From Vicinamibacterales bacterium (GTDB lineage: Bacteria > Acidobacteriota > Vicinamibacteria > Vicinamibacterales > UBA8438): a stretch of DNA of 64,000 bases. The DNA is taken from positions 76,710 through 140,709 of the forward strand of contig CBDBMW010000009.1 of the NCBI GenBank assembly GCA_965207595.1, written 5' to 3'. A program made the translations under genes and the position numbers. Each line of letters starts with the position of its first letter. Position 1 is the stretch's first letter. Under the pieces are notes generated by a model. That model had not been told where the DNA came from, searched no databases, and saw nothing but the letters and a program-made list of their open reading frames with translations. This document shows positions 47,833 through 58,387 of this stretch, in pieces.

Positions 47833-48585
47833 CTACTTCCGGAGCGTGCGGTCCACGTAGGCGCGGACGGCGTCCTGCACGCGGGTGGACATCCAGGCCT
47901 CGAGCACCTCCCCGTCGACCGACCGCGTGTACTGCACGACGCGGTCCCGGCTGGGCTGCCGGATGGTCCGCTTGGTCAGCGCGAACGAGGCCGGCGGCAG
48001 GGAGCCCAGCCGGGCCGCCATCTCCACCGCGCGGTCGACGAGCGTCTCGGGCGGCGCCAGCTCGTCCACGAAGCCGTTGGCCAGCGCCTCGTCCGGGGTG
48101 CAGGTCAGCCCGCGGTAGACGACGGACTGCAGCCGGTGCCCCGGCACGATCAGCCGCAGGATCTCCATCGCCATGGTAGGAAAGGGCACCCCGATCGACA
48201 GCTCCGGCGTCCCGATCCGGCCCGTCCCCGCCGCCATGACCCGGTAGTCGCAGGCGCACGCCAGGATGCAGCCGCCGGCGATGGCGTGCCCGTTCACCGC
48301 GGCTATCAGGGGCTTCGGGAACGTGAACGTCTTGAAGAAGGCGTCGCCCAGGAGCGGCAGGAACGCCCGCACGTACTCGCTGCCGCCCTCCGTCAGGCGC
48401 CGCAGATCGACGCCGGCCGAGAATACGGTTCCCGTGCCGGTCAGGACGACCGCCGCCGTGTCCGCCTGCTCCAGCCGCGCGAGCTCCGCCGCCCAGCCGC
48501 GCATCAACTCCGAATCGAACGCGTTGACCTTGCCGTGCTCCAGCCGAACCACCGTCACGTCGTCACGAGACTCCGTCGTGATCAT
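47833..48585 (-). CDS. Enoyl-CoA hydratase/isomerase (crotonase) family protein
   Basis: VVLTGTGTVFSAGVDL, AAVNGHAIAGG. Confidence 0.9.
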   Translation of the reverse strand: MITTESRDDVTVVRLEHGKVNAFDSELMRGWAAELARLEQADTAAVVLTGTGTVFSAGVDLRRLTEGGSEYVRAFLPLLGDAFFKTFTFPKPLIAAVNGHAIAGGCILACACDYRVMAAGTGRIGTPELSIGVPFPTMAMEILRLIVPGHRLQSVVYRGLTCTPDEALANGFVDELAPPETLVDRAVEMAARLGSLPPASFALTKRTIRQPSRDRVVQYTRSVDGEVLEAWMSTRVQDAVRAYVDRTLRK

Positions 48586-48687
48586 TCCGTCTCATCCTCC
48601 GTTCGCCAAAGTGCGTCTTCGGGCCGGGGCGGCGTGCCCGCCTCGCGCTCGCCGCTGCGTCTTCCCAAGCCACCGACGGCCCGGCCG

Positions 48688-49077
48688 TCACCCCGACGGC
48701 GGCCCGTGCAGGCGCAAGCCGGGTACGCGGTCGAAGTCGCCGTCGAGGGTATAGACGACGCAGTCGTGCTGAATGGCGAGCGCGGCGGTCAGACAGTCCG
48801 CGAATCCGATCAGTCTACCCTCCTGCCTCAGGCGCTGCCGAAGGCGACCCACCAGCGCCCAGGTCTCGCGGTCGACCTCCAGGTAGTCGAGCGCTTCGAA
48901 GCGCGCGACCATCGCGTCGAGCTCCAACTCCGTCCGCAGTCCCTGCATCAGTTCGGCGAGCACAGGCCCCACCATCGCGATCTCGCGTCCGTCGTACAGA
49001 CGCCAGAACTCCGTGGCGTCCGGAGACCGGGGCCGGCGTTGCGCGTTGATCCAGACCGAGGTGTCAGCTATCACCAT
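48688..49077 (-). CDS. vapC: PIN-domain toxin
   Basis: MVIADTSVWINA...ADCLTAALAIQHDCVVYTLDGDF carries the acidic PIN residues. Confidence 0.85.
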   Translation of the reverse strand: MVIADTSVWINAQRRPRSPDATEFWRLYDGREIAMVGPVLAELMQGLRTELELDAMVARFEALDYLEVDRETWALVGRLRQRLRQEGRLIGFADCLTAALAIQHDCVVYTLDGDFDRVPGLRLHGPPSG

Positions 49078-49309
49078 CCACCGCTCGCAGGCGATCCAGG
49101 AAACGCTCGCGTCTGGCGTCGGCCGCCCGGGCCTCGGGCCGGACGTCGTCCGTGCGCGCGGCGAGCCACGCGTCCTTGAGCTCGCGCAGCTTCTTCCGCC
49201 GCAGGTACTCCGCTGCCGCTCTGTTCAGGGCGGCGCTTCGAGAACGCTCACCGGTTGCCGCCACCAGCTCGTCCAGCACTTTCCCATCGATGGTGATCGT
49301 GGTACGCAT
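49064..49309 (-). CDS. vapB: VapB-type antitoxin
   Basis: MRTTITIDGKVLDELVAATGERSRSAALNRAAAEYLRR. It overlaps the vapC start by 14 nt. Confidence 0.75.
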   Translation of the reverse strand: MRTTITIDGKVLDELVAATGERSRSAALNRAAAEYLRRKKLRELKDAWLAARTDDVRPEARAADARRERFLDRLRAVDGDS

Positions 49310-49398
49310 CGGCTATCTTCATCCACCGGGATCACCATCACTATACACGCCGTACTTCATACACCTCAGGGCCGTGGCCGCGGGAAGCCCGAGCCCAT

Positions 49399-51960
49399 CT
49401 ACTCGACCCGCAGCGCCTCCATCGGGTCGATGCGCGTCGCGCGCCGTGCCGGCAGCCAGCAGGCGACGAGAGCGACGCCGACCAGCAGGAGCGGAGCCGC
49501 GACGAAGGTCAGCGCGTCACGGGGAGCGACCCCAACCAGGAAGCTCTCCACCAGGCGGCTCGACAGGAACGCCCCGAGCATCCCGGCGATGGCCCCGACG
49601 GCCACGAGCAGGGCGCCCTGCCGCACCACGAGAGCCACGATGTCGCTCCGGGCAGCCCCCAGCGCCATGCGGATGCCGATCTCGCTGCGACGTTGCGCCA
49701 CCGTGTAGCTGAGCAGGCCGTAGACGCCGAAAGCGGCCAGCAGCAGCGCGAGCCCCGCGAACCCGCCGACCAGGACGGCGTAGAAGCGCGGCTGCACGAA
49801 CACGGCCGCCAGCCGGGCATCCATCGTCATCACGTCGACGACCGTCGCGCCCGGGTGCGCCTCGGTCACGACCTCCCGGAGGAAAGGAACGACGGCGAGC
49901 GGGTCGCCAACCGTCCGCACGCTGACGAACGACATGCCGAAGAAGGAGACCGGCGCGCGGTCGGCCTGGCGCCAGGGCACGAACATCTCCGGCTCCGACT
50001 CGCCGGTGGGCGCGTTGCCGTACGCCAGGTCGGCGATCACCCCGACGATCTCCCAGGACTCCTCGCCGCCTCCCCAGGGGCGGCCGAGGAGCAGTCGTTG
50101 TCCGGCGGCGGGCTCGCCGCCGAAGACCTCGCGGGCCAGCGCTTCGTTGACCACCACGACCCCGGGGCCGCCGACGCCGTCGAGCCGCGTCGGGAGGCGC
50201 CCCGCGCGCAGTCGCACGCGCAGGACGTCGAACCAGCCGGGGCTCGCCACCCGGACCGTCGCTCGGGGAACCTCGCGCGGATCGGCCGGCGCGAGGCGAC
50301 CGGCGATGCTGAGTGCGACCTGCATCATGCCCCCGGCGGCGAGCGGAACGTTCGACGAGAGTCCGACCGCCGTGGTGGCGGGGAGGGCTGCGAGGCGCGC
50401 CGCCCCGTCGCTCAACGCAGCGTTGAAGCGCTGGTTGGCGGCTTCGACCGCTTCCCGGGCCTCGCGCGTCATCACGCCCGGCCTGAGTCGCGCGTCGGGG
50501 TTCAGGGTCCGCGCCGTGATCACGTTGGCGGGGTCGTACCCGCGATCGACGGTCACCAGCGCCACGAAACTGCGGAGCAGCAGGCCCGCCCCCACCAGCA
50601 GCACCATGGCCAGCGCCACCTGCGCGACGGCCAGCACGGCCCGCGCGCGGTTGGCGCGCAGCAGCCGGAACCCGCCGGCCGCCTGCGCGCTTCCCTCGTT
50701 GAGGACGCGGACGAGGTCCAGGCGGGACCACTGGAACGCCGGGACGGCGCCGAACGCCAGGCCGACCAGGACCGAGAGCCCGAGCGTGAACGCGAGCACC
50801 TCGCCGCCGACGCCCACCTCTGCCAGCCGCGGGACGTCGCCGGGGACCAGCGCCGGAACCGCGCGCAGCACGGCTGCGGCCGCGCCCAGACCGAGCGCGC
50901 CGCCCAGCAGGCCCAGGATGACGCTCTCGGTCAGGAGCTGCCGCACCAGCCGGCCGCGGGCCGCTCCCAGGGCCGCGCAGACGGCCAGCGCCCGCTGACG
51001 CGACACGCCGCGCGCGAGCAGGAGCCCGGCCACGTTGATGCACGCGATCAACAGCACGAGCGCCGTCGCCCCGCTGAGCGCCAGCAGCGCCGGCCGGTAC
51101 TCGGCGGTCATCTCCTCCTGCAGTGGAACCACCCGGGTCTCGAAGGCCGGCGCACCGCTCGCCTCCGCGTCGCCGCCTTGCGAGCCTCCGAACAGCGGAT
51201 CGTCGCGGCGCTCCAGCAGGGTCGCGGCCTCGGCCTCGGCCTGCTCCGGCGAGACGTCCGCGCGGAGTCGCCCCAGGCCGGAGACGGAGACAAAGACGAA
51301 GGTCCGGGCATCCTGGTCGCCCGCGCTCGACGGAGCCGGCGGCTCGAAGGCCGGCAGCACGAGGGGGGTCCAGATCTCGTTGTCGGGGCTGGGAAAGTAG
51401 AACCCCTCGGCGAGGACCCCGACCACCGCGCGCGCTACGCCGCCGATCTCGTGAACGGTCCCGACCACGTCCGGATCCGCGCCGAAGCGGGCAGCCCAGG
51501 TGTCGTAGCTCAGCAGCACCACCTGGTCCGCGCCGTCCCGGGCCTCGTCCTCCGTGAAGAGCCGCCCGAGGTGCGGCCTCGCCCGCAGCAGCGGAAACAG
51601 CGCCGGGGAGACCGCCGTTCCCTGCAGCCTGACGCTCCCCTCCCGAACCGCCCAATCGGCCTGGAGCGGCGTGTACGCGGCGAGGTGCTCGAACGACTCG
51701 GCCTCCTCCAGCAACTGCATCGAGTAGTTGTTCAAGGCCAGGGTCGAACGCGGTATCCCCGTCGGCACCTGCCCGACGCGAACGATGGCGTCGGCATGGG
51801 GATACGGCAGCGGGCGGAGAACGAGGCCGTAGACGATGCTGAACATCGCCGCGTTGGCCCCGATGCCGAGCGCCAGCGTGGTGAGCGCGGCCAGCGTGAA
51901 TCCGCGCTGCCGCGCCAGGGACCGGACGGCGCGGCGAACGTCGCGCAGCAGCGTGTCCAT
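49399..51960 (-). CDS. ADOP-family duplicated orphan permease (paralogue of 36149..38602)
   Basis: N-terminal LLRDVRRAVRSLARQRGFTLAALTTLALGIGANAAMFSIVYGLVLRPLPYP. C-terminal WLPARRATRIDPMEALRVE. Confidence 0.9.
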   Translation of the reverse strand: MDTLLRDVRRAVRSLARQRGFTLAALTTLALGIGANAAMFSIVYGLVLRPLPYPHADAIVRVGQVPTGIPRSTLALNNYSMQLLEEAESFEHLAAYTPLQADWAVREGSVRLQGTAVSPALFPLLRARPHLGRLFTEDEARDGADQVVLLSYDTWAARFGADPDVVGTVHEIGGVARAVVGVLAEGFYFPSPDNEIWTPLVLPAFEPPAPSSAGDQDARTFVFVSVSGLGRLRADVSPEQAEAEAATLLERRDDPLFGGSQGGDAEASGAPAFETRVVPLQEEMTAEYRPALLALSGATALVLLIACINVAGLLLARGVSRQRALAVCAALGAARGRLVRQLLTESVILGLLGGALGLGAAAAVLRAVPALVPGDVPRLAEVGVGGEVLAFTLGLSVLVGLAFGAVPAFQWSRLDLVRVLNEGSAQAAGGFRLLRANRARAVLAVAQVALAMVLLVGAGLLLRSFVALVTVDRGYDPANVITARTLNPDARLRPGVMTREAREAVEAANQRFNAALSDGAARLAALPATTAVGLSSNVPLAAGGMMQVALSIAGRLAPADPREVPRATVRVASPGWFDVLRVRLRAGRLPTRLDGVGGPGVVVVNEALAREVFGGEPAAGQRLLLGRPWGGGEESWEIVGVIADLAYGNAPTGESEPEMFVPWRQADRAPVSFFGMSFVSVRTVGDPLAVVPFLREVVTEAHPGATVVDVMTMDARLAAVFVQPRFYAVLVGGFAGLALLLAAFGVYGLLSYTVAQRRSEIGIRMALGAARSDIVALVVRQGALLVAVGAIAGMLGAFLSSRLVESFLVGVAPRDALTFVAAPLLLVGVALVACWLPARRATRIDPMEALRVE

Positions 51961-52041
51961 GGCAATCCTCGGGGCCGCCCGAGTCGCGGGCCTGACTCTG
52001 CCGGCCCGGGAGACCCGCCCGCGCCCGCGCCGGGCGATCCG

Positions 52042-55000
52042 CTACTCCGCGCGCAGCGCGCCGAGGAGCGGCGACCGCACGGCGGCGACCGTGGCGGCCA
52101 GCGACGCGGTCAGCCCGGTAGCCACCACCACCAGGAGCAGACCGCCGAGGGAGAGCACGGGCACGCCGCCGCCCCGCTCCAGCCAGGCCGGCGCGATGGC
52201 GATGATCGCGCAGCCCGTGCCCGCCGCCAGCCCGGCGAAGAGAAGGAAGGCGTTCTCGGCCAGCACCATGAGCGACAGGTGCCGGGCGTTGTAGCCGACG
52301 GCGCGCATCAGCGCCAGCTCCCGGCGGCGCTCCAGGACGTTCCGCAGCAGGACCGCGCCCAGACCGAAGGTGCCGAGGATGAGGCCCAGCCCGCCCAGCG
52401 TCTGGAAGGTCGCCAGGTAGGTGTTCTCGACGCGGTGGAACGCGGCCAACCGCTCGCCGGCCGAGACGACGTCGAAGCCGAAGTCGGCGAGGCGGTCCTC
52501 GAGGGCCGCGCTCACCTCGGCCATGCGCGCCGGAGGGGCGTCGATGAGGAAGAACCGGTAGCCCTCGTAGTCGGGGAACACGCGCTCGAAGTGCGTCTCG
52601 CCGATCAGCAGCTCGCGCTGGAAGATGCTGTCCGAGAGCGCCCCCACGATGCGCAGCGTGATCGGCCGGTCGGTGTCCCGGTTCAGCACGAAGTCGTCGC
52701 CGATCCCGATGTGGAGCGCGTAGTTCAGCGAGGTCGAGTCGGCAATGGCCGGGATGGCGCCGTCCTCGAACTCGCGGTCGAGCAGCAGCCAGGGGTTCGC
52801 TTCCTCCTCCGGCGTCTCCGCCGCCGTCGCGCTGAACGCGAAGCGCCCCTCGGCCACGAAGGCCGGCGTCGGGGCCAGGACGCGCGGGTCCTTCGCCTGG
52901 TAGAGGTTCAGGCAGCTCGCGTCCTCGCCCGGCCGCAGGCGGAAGCGCTCGAGCCCGACGCCGGCCAGCGCCTCCCCCTCCTCGAACAGATCGGCCACGA
53001 ACAGCTCGTCCTGCCCCTCAAGTGTGGACGGGTCGTGCACGATCGGCAGCAACGCGTCGGCCAGCAGCGTGTAGCCGCCCGTGCCGCCGGCGCGGTCGAG
53101 CACGTTCCCCCCGCCCTCCCGGCGGAAGGCGTCCACGGCGACGATGATGAACGCGGCCGAAGCGATCAACGCGATGCAGAGCACGCTGCGCCCCGGCCGG
53201 TACGAGGCGTTGCGGAAGCCGACCTGCGGCACGGACCACTGCGCGGGGGCGGGAACGCCGGGGCGGGCGCCGATCCACGCCCAGGCGAAGACGAGCATGG
53301 CGACGAGCAGCAGCAGGCCGCCGCCGAAGAAGCCCTCGGTCGCGCCAACGACCCCCGCCGACGCGAGGGCGACCGCCGCGACGCCGGTTCCCAGCAGGCC
53401 GAACCCGATGCGCCAGGCGCGCGAGGCAGGGGCCGCCTCGCCCTCGGTGGCCGCGGGCAGGCCGGTCACCTCGGCCACCGCCCCCGTCAGGAGGCTCCGG
53501 GGCGAAGCAGGCGCTAGCGCGCGCAGCGTCCAGCCGATGGACCCGAACGCGGCGAGCACGCCGCCCGCCGCGCCGGCGGCCAGCATCGCGGGCGAGACCT
53601 CGAGGGCCAGCCGCGTGGTCCCGACCGCATCGACCCACCAGGTACGGAGCCCCCACATGACGAGCTCGGCATAGCCGATGGCGCCCAGCACGCCGATGGC
53701 GCTTCCCAGCACGGACAGCACGGTGGCCTCGCCGAGGAACACGCGGCGAATGGCCGCCGCGGGGTAGCCGGCCGCCCGCAACAGCCCGAGCTCTCGCAGG
53801 CGCTGCTCGACCCCGAGCCGGAAGAAGAGGCTGGCCAGCAGCAGGGCCGAGACGACGAGGAAGAAGCTGAAGTAGATGAAGTACAGGCCGAAGTCCGTGA
53901 CGCCCGCCGACGCCTCCACCGCGAGCGCACGGGCCGGATAGACGACGAAGCCCGTCGCGAGCGGGTCGATGGCCGACCGGAACGCGTCGCGCACGTCGGC
54001 CGCCAGCGCCGCCACGTCTGCGCCTGCAGCCCCCGCCTCAAACGAGGCTCCGGCCGCCGCCGGAACAGCCGCCGCCGCGGAATGAAGCCGGATCGAGGTC
54101 ACCTCTCCCCAGCGCGAGCCCCACAGGCGCTGGCCGTCCGCGAGCGGGATGAACGCCTTGGGCGTCGTGCGGTGCTCGTCCCAGTACTCCTCGTCCGCCG
54201 GGCGGATCAGGTCCAGGTCGATGTCGAACGGCGGATCCCAGTCGGTGACGTCGGTGGCTTCCGTGATGCCAGGGTAGTCGGGGGCGAGGTCGCGGTCGTC
54301 GGCCGCGCCGGCGATCGGCACGACGTCGGCGACGCGGAACTCCGCCTCGTGCGTGACCAGGCGCCCCTCGTCCTCCCAGACGAAGTACTCCAGCGTCAGC
54401 GTGTCGCCGGGCGCGGCATCGAGATCGTCCGCCGCCCAGCGATTCAGAACCGCCGGCGGCGCAGTGGCGGCCTCGTCCCCAGCGCCCGCCTGGCCCTCGG
54501 CGGCGCCCGCCTGGCCCCCGGCGGCACCCGCCTGGCCCCCGGCGGCGCCCCGTTCACCTGGCGCGCCGGCGCTCTCCTCCGAAGCGACCTCGCTCACGGC
54601 ATCGAGGGCGCGCGCGGTCACCAGGGAGTACGGCGTCAGCCGGTCACCGACGCGGAGCGCGTTGGCCAGGTAGGTCAGCACGGGCTCGGCGCGCAGACCG
54701 AGCGTCCCCGCGACGGACTCCGCCGCCGCGGCGGTCTCGTCGTTCACGAGCCCGGCCGACGACTCGATGCTGACCACGCCGTGCTCCGGGAGCGCGCGCA
54801 CGCGGAGGCCCAGGTCGTCGAGGGTCGCCACCGAGCGCAGCGCCGACTCGGCTGTCGTCAGGCGGGCGGCGGCCGGCCCCGGAGCGTCCGACGCCCCGCC
54901 GGCGGCCGCGAGGAGGATCGTGTTGACCCGGCCCTCCTGTTCCAGGTCGCGCTGGAGCCGCGCCAGCGACACGAAGACGGAGCGCGCCAGCCCCTGCTGC

Positions 55001-55602
55001 GGCCGGAACGAGAACTCGCCCAGCTCGTCCGGCGGCAGGACCCGCAGGACGCCGAGCCGCAGGGTCCGGCCGATGTCGTCGCGGCGCCCGTGGAGGGAGC
55101 TGATCGGGACCTCCGACGGTTTCTCCACGCGGACCAGCAGCGCATCGCCGTCCGCCGCACCCAGCTCGTCCGCCAGCCCCGCGCTGACGAGGACGTCGTT
55201 GCGCCCGAGCTCTCGCGGCGCCGCGTCGAGGCCGTGGAACTCCCAGAAGCGATGGTCCACCCCGTACACCTGGATGCCCGACGCCCGGCGTCCGCTCGCC
55301 TGGTGCGTGACGAAGCCCTCGACCGCGACGATCGGCGCGGTGCCCGCGAAGGCGGACGCCATCCCGTCGGCCTCCTGCAGCTCCGCGGCCAGCTCCTCCC
55401 GCACGAACCCGAGGCTGGTGACCACCTGGTCGATGGCCCCCAGCCGCTCGAGAGCCAGGGTCCGCAGGCTCGCCCGGACCGACGAGCCGACGAGGAGCGC
55501 GCCGGCCAGGACCGCCACCGCGACGGCCACGCCGCCGATGACGGCGAGATTGGTGGGCCAGAAATGAACGATGTTGCGCCGGACGAGCGCGAGCAGGGTC
55601 AT
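52042..55602 (-). CDS. Very large FtsX-type ABC permease (about 1185 aa, two FtsX modules with large extracytoplasmic domains)
   Basis: ATG 55602 (MTLLALVRRNIVHFWPTNLAVIGG). C-terminal FtsX helices and ...AAVRSPLLGALRAE. The start is uncertain, with a 140-nt gap to the ATPase gene. Confidence 0.8.
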   Translation of the reverse strand: MTLLALVRRNIVHFWPTNLAVIGGVAVAVAVLAGALLVGSSVRASLRTLALERLGAIDQVVTSLGFVREELAAELQEADGMASAFAGTAPIVAVEGFVTHQASGRRASGIQVYGVDHRFWEFHGLDAAPRELGRNDVLVSAGLADELGAADGDALLVRVEKPSEVPISSLHGRRDDIGRTLRLGVLRVLPPDELGEFSFRPQQGLARSVFVSLARLQRDLEQEGRVNTILLAAAGGASDAPGPAAARLTTAESALRSVATLDDLGLRVRALPEHGVVSIESSAGLVNDETAAAAESVAGTLGLRAEPVLTYLANALRVGDRLTPYSLVTARALDAVSEVASEESAGAPGERGAAGGQAGAAGGQAGAAEGQAGAGDEAATAPPAVLNRWAADDLDAAPGDTLTLEYFVWEDEGRLVTHEAEFRVADVVPIAGAADDRDLAPDYPGITEATDVTDWDPPFDIDLDLIRPADEEYWDEHRTTPKAFIPLADGQRLWGSRWGEVTSIRLHSAAAAVPAAAGASFEAGAAGADVAALAADVRDAFRSAIDPLATGFVVYPARALAVEASAGVTDFGLYFIYFSFFLVVSALLLASLFFRLGVEQRLRELGLLRAAGYPAAAIRRVFLGEATVLSVLGSAIGVLGAIGYAELVMWGLRTWWVDAVGTTRLALEVSPAMLAAGAAGGVLAAFGSIGWTLRALAPASPRSLLTGAVAEVTGLPAATEGEAAPASRAWRIGFGLLGTGVAAVALASAGVVGATEGFFGGGLLLLVAMLVFAWAWIGARPGVPAPAQWSVPQVGFRNASYRPGRSVLCIALIASAAFIIVAVDAFRREGGGNVLDRAGGTGGYTLLADALLPIVHDPSTLEGQDELFVADLFEEGEALAGVGLERFRLRPGEDASCLNLYQAKDPRVLAPTPAFVAEGRFAFSATAAETPEEEANPWLLLDREFEDGAIPAIADSTSLNYALHIGIGDDFVLNRDTDRPITLRIVGALSDSIFQRELLIGETHFERVFPDYEGYRFFLIDAPPARMAEVSAALEDRLADFGFDVVSAGERLAAFHRVENTYLATFQTLGGLGLILGTFGLGAVLLRNVLERRRELALMRAVGYNARHLSLMVLAENAFLLFAGLAAGTGCAIIAIAPAWLERGGGVPVLSLGGLLLVVVATGLTASLAATVAAVRSPLLGALRAE
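54487..54549 (-). repeat. In-frame 21-nt tandem repeat x3 encoding GAAGGQA-GAAGGQA-GAAEGQA
   Basis: aa 388-408 of the ORF-track protein. The near-identical units are visible in the DNA (GCCCGCCTGGCCC(C/T)CGGCGGC). Confidence 0.8.
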
Positions 55603-55741
55603 GCGGACACCTCGTACGGATCCGCGGCCGGGCCGCGCGCAGCCGGGCCGCGCCGGTTCGTGCCGATGCGCGGCCGAGCCGATCCGCGGCGAGCGGCGGC
55701 GGGACCGCACCGCGCCGCGACCGGATCGCCACGCGCCGCGG

Positions 55742-56407
55742 TCATGCCGCTTCCAGCCGCCGGTTCTCCAGGCGATATCGCGTGGGGCAGCGCGCCGCCA
55801 GCGCGGCGTTGTGCGTCACGATGAGCAGGATGTTGCGGTGGGTCTCGTGCAGCGTGAACAGCAGCGACCCGACCGTCTCCGCCGACGCGGGATCGAGGTT
55901 GCCGGTCGGCTCGTCGCACAGGACGAGCGGCGGCTCCTGAATCAGCGCCCGCGCCAGCGCCACCCGCTGGCGCTCGCCGCCCGAGAGCTCGGCCGGTCGA
56001 TGGTCGAGGCGATGCTCGAGGCCGACCTGCTCGAGGAGCGATTCCGCCCGTTTGCGCACCGCGGCACCGGGCTGGCTCACCAGCGTCGGCACCAGCACGT
56101 TCTCGAGGACCGTGCACTGCGGCAGCAGCAGGTGATCCTGGAAGACGAAGCCGACGCGCGAGTTGCGGAAGGCGGCCAGCTCGCGCTCGCCCAGCCCGAA
56201 CGGATCGGTGCCGTCCAGCGTCACCCGGCCGCTGGTCGGCGGCTCGAGCGCCCCGGCCACATAGAGCAGCGTGCTCTTGCCGCTGCCGGACGGCCCGACG
56301 ATCGACGCCGCATCCCCGCGCTCGAGCGCGAACGAGACATCGTCGAGGATCGGCAGCGGCCCGCTCGGGGTCGCGTACTGCTTCGAGAGCTCTGTGACTT
56401 CGAGCAA
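55742..56407 (-). CDS. ABC transporter ATP-binding protein (LolD/MacB-type)
   Basis: GPSGSGKST, LSGGERQRVALARAL, LVLCDEPTGNLD. Confidence 0.9.
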   Translation of the reverse strand: MLEVTELSKQYATPSGPLPILDDVSFALERGDAASIVGPSGSGKSTLLYVAGALEPPTSGRVTLDGTDPFGLGERELAAFRNSRVGFVFQDHLLLPQCTVLENVLVPTLVSQPGAAVRKRAESLLEQVGLEHRLDHRPAELSGGERQRVALARALIQEPPLVLCDEPTGNLDPASAETVGSLLFTLHETHRNILLIVTHNAALAARCPTRYRLENRRLEAA

Positions 56408-56437
56408 AGGGGGCCGACCCTCTCCCGCCCCGCGCGC

Positions 56438-57859
56438 CTACGAGGCCATCTGGAACGCCCGCGGCCGGAAGAGGAAGTCGACGATGTTCCCTTCGTGCGG
56501 CTGCAGCCAGTTGAGCTTGATCGTCGGTATGGGGCCCAGATTCAACCGGTCGATGTTGCGCGCGTCGAGCAGCGACAGCCGGAACGCGTTGTCGTTCGTG
56601 AGCGCCGTCGCGACCAGGGTCGGCCCGATCGCCCCGAGCATCTTCCGCTGCTCGCACTCGACGACGGTCACGAAGGGGAACATGTACTCCTTCTTGGCCA
56701 TCGCGACGTCCGGGGACGGGCAGTAGACGACGGTCGGACGGACGTAGTCGCAGCGCTCGCGCGACACCAGGCGGCCGTTCGCGTGATGCCGGGCCGTGAC
56801 CTCGTCGACCCCGTCCTCGCCGAGGGCGGCATCGATGTCGGACGAGATCGCGGCGGCCTGCCCGGGCACGGTGAACGCGGCGAGGGCCGCGTTCGGATCC
56901 TCCGGCGGCAGCGGCTCGATGGGGCCCAGCCGCTCGGCCAGCGCCTCGGCGATGGCCTTGCCGTGTCGCGGCGTCCAGATGCCCGAGCAGTTGATGCAGC
57001 TCCGGCCGCTGTTGACGAGCACGCTGTCGACCATCAGGTCGAGGTGGCGCTCCCAGTTGTCGGCCTCGTCGTCGCCGAGCAGGATCTTGCTGAATCCCGG
57101 GCCGTGCACCTGCACGCCGGGGTTCCCCGCGTACTGCTCGACGGTGGCCGTTCCGCCGAAGATCAGGCTCCGCGAGCAGTTGTTGAGCACGGCGGCGCCG
57201 ACGTCGCCCAGTCCCGGGTAGAGCGACACCGCCTCGCGCGGCACTCCCGCCTCGAAGAACGCCTGCGTCATGCGCCACGGCGTCCAGGGCTCCTGCGGCC
57301 CGGGCTTGAGCACCAGCCCGATCTGCAGCGGGATGATGGGGAGCCAGAGGCTGTGCACCCCCGGCGAGTTCGACGGCAGCACCATGCCGAGCACCGGCGT
57401 CGTCGCCTGGTAGCTCCGCATGACGCCGTCCTCCTCGCCGTAGCCGCGCGAGAGGATGTCGGGATCGAGGCGCCGCGTCAGCGAGATCAGGATCTCGTCG
57501 AGGTGGTCGAGCACGTACCGCAGCTTCTCCATGTTCATGCGGCACATGTGCTCGGGGAGGCCGGTCGTGGCCGACTGCTGCCGGACGAACTCGTCGGGCG
57601 TCTGGCTGCCGTCGCCCAGCGGCAGCTCCGCGGACGAGAAGAGCTCGGCGGCCTTCTTCACCCTCGCGAGCAGATCGGCGACCGGCACCTCGCGCAGCGC
57701 GGCCCGGGCGCGCGGCGCCTTGCGCAGATCGCGCGCGACGATGCCGGGGTTGGCCTGGCTCACCTCGGCCACCGGCTCGCCGGTGTCGAAGTGCACCACC
57801 TTGTCGACGTCGAGGCTCCGGTAGGGCTCGCCCCACCGGAGCGCGGGGAAGTGAATCAC
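56438..57859 (-). CDS. Aldehyde dehydrogenase superfamily protein (divergent; acyl-CoA/acyl reductase-like)
   Basis: ALDH-like core VNSGRSCINCSGIW with a candidate catalytic Cys, GFSKILLG and LKPGPQEP. The N-terminus is atypical. Confidence 0.7.
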   Translation of the reverse strand: MIHFPALRWGEPYRSLDVDKVVHFDTGEPVAEVSQANPGIVARDLRKAPRARAALREVPVADLLARVKKAAELFSSAELPLGDGSQTPDEFVRQQSATTGLPEHMCRMNMEKLRYVLDHLDEILISLTRRLDPDILSRGYGEEDGVMRSYQATTPVLGMVLPSNSPGVHSLWLPIIPLQIGLVLKPGPQEPWTPWRMTQAFFEAGVPREAVSLYPGLGDVGAAVLNNCSRSLIFGGTATVEQYAGNPGVQVHGPGFSKILLGDDEADNWERHLDLMVDSVLVNSGRSCINCSGIWTPRHGKAIAEALAERLGPIEPLPPEDPNAALAAFTVPGQAAAISSDIDAALGEDGVDEVTARHHANGRLVSRERCDYVRPTVVYCPSPDVAMAKKEYMFPFVTVVECEQRKMLGAIGPTLVATALTNDNAFRLSLLDARNIDRLNLGPIPTIKLNWLQPHEGNIVDFLFRPRAFQMAS

Positions 57860-57925
57860 GATGCTCTCTCCGCTCCTGCCGCAGTGCCGGACATCGGGGG
57901 CCGACGGCGCCCGCGCGCAGGCGAC

Positions 57926-58387
57926 CTACTGCCCGTCCGTGACCTCGATGCTGATCGTCGCGCAGAGGCCTTCCTGCGTCCGGTGCTGATCGTCGCCGAT
58001 CTGCACCGTGAGCTCGTACGTGCCGGCCGGGGCGTTCTCCAGCGTCGTCGTGCTCGAGCCGTCCCCGAAGTGCTGCCACCCCTCGCCCTGCGGGATGATG
58101 ATGCCCACGTCGAGGCAGCCGGTGTTGTATCCGAGGTGGTAGTGCCCCACCCCGTCGCGCGGGGTGCCGGTCTCCTGATCGAACCCTTCGGGGATGGCGG
58201 AGATCGGGTAGTTCTCGGCCCCGAACTCGATGGTGATCACGTCCTCCGAGTGCTCGGAGCCGTCCGCCGGCGACACGAAGAAGACGCGCGCCTCCTGCGC
58301 CGCTCCCGGGGCCGCACCGACCAGCAACAGGACGAGAGCCGCACCGGCCACCACGCCCGACCGCATCCACACGCTGTCAATCCGCAT
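57926..58387 (-). CDS. Secreted DUF4399-like protein (copy A)
   Basis: GGAAGGAAGG precedes ATG 58387, followed by a signal peptide. Shared motifs with copy B: RVFFVSPADG, VGHYHLG, GTYELTVQ, LCATISIEV. Confidence 0.65.
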   Translation of the reverse strand: MRIDSVWMRSGVVAGAALVLLLVGAAPGAAQEARVFFVSPADGSEHSEDVITIEFGAENYPISAIPEGFDQETGTPRDGVGHYHLGYNTGCLDVGIIIPQGEGWQHFGDGSSTTTLENAPAGTYELTVQIGDDQHRTQEGLCATISIEVTDGQ

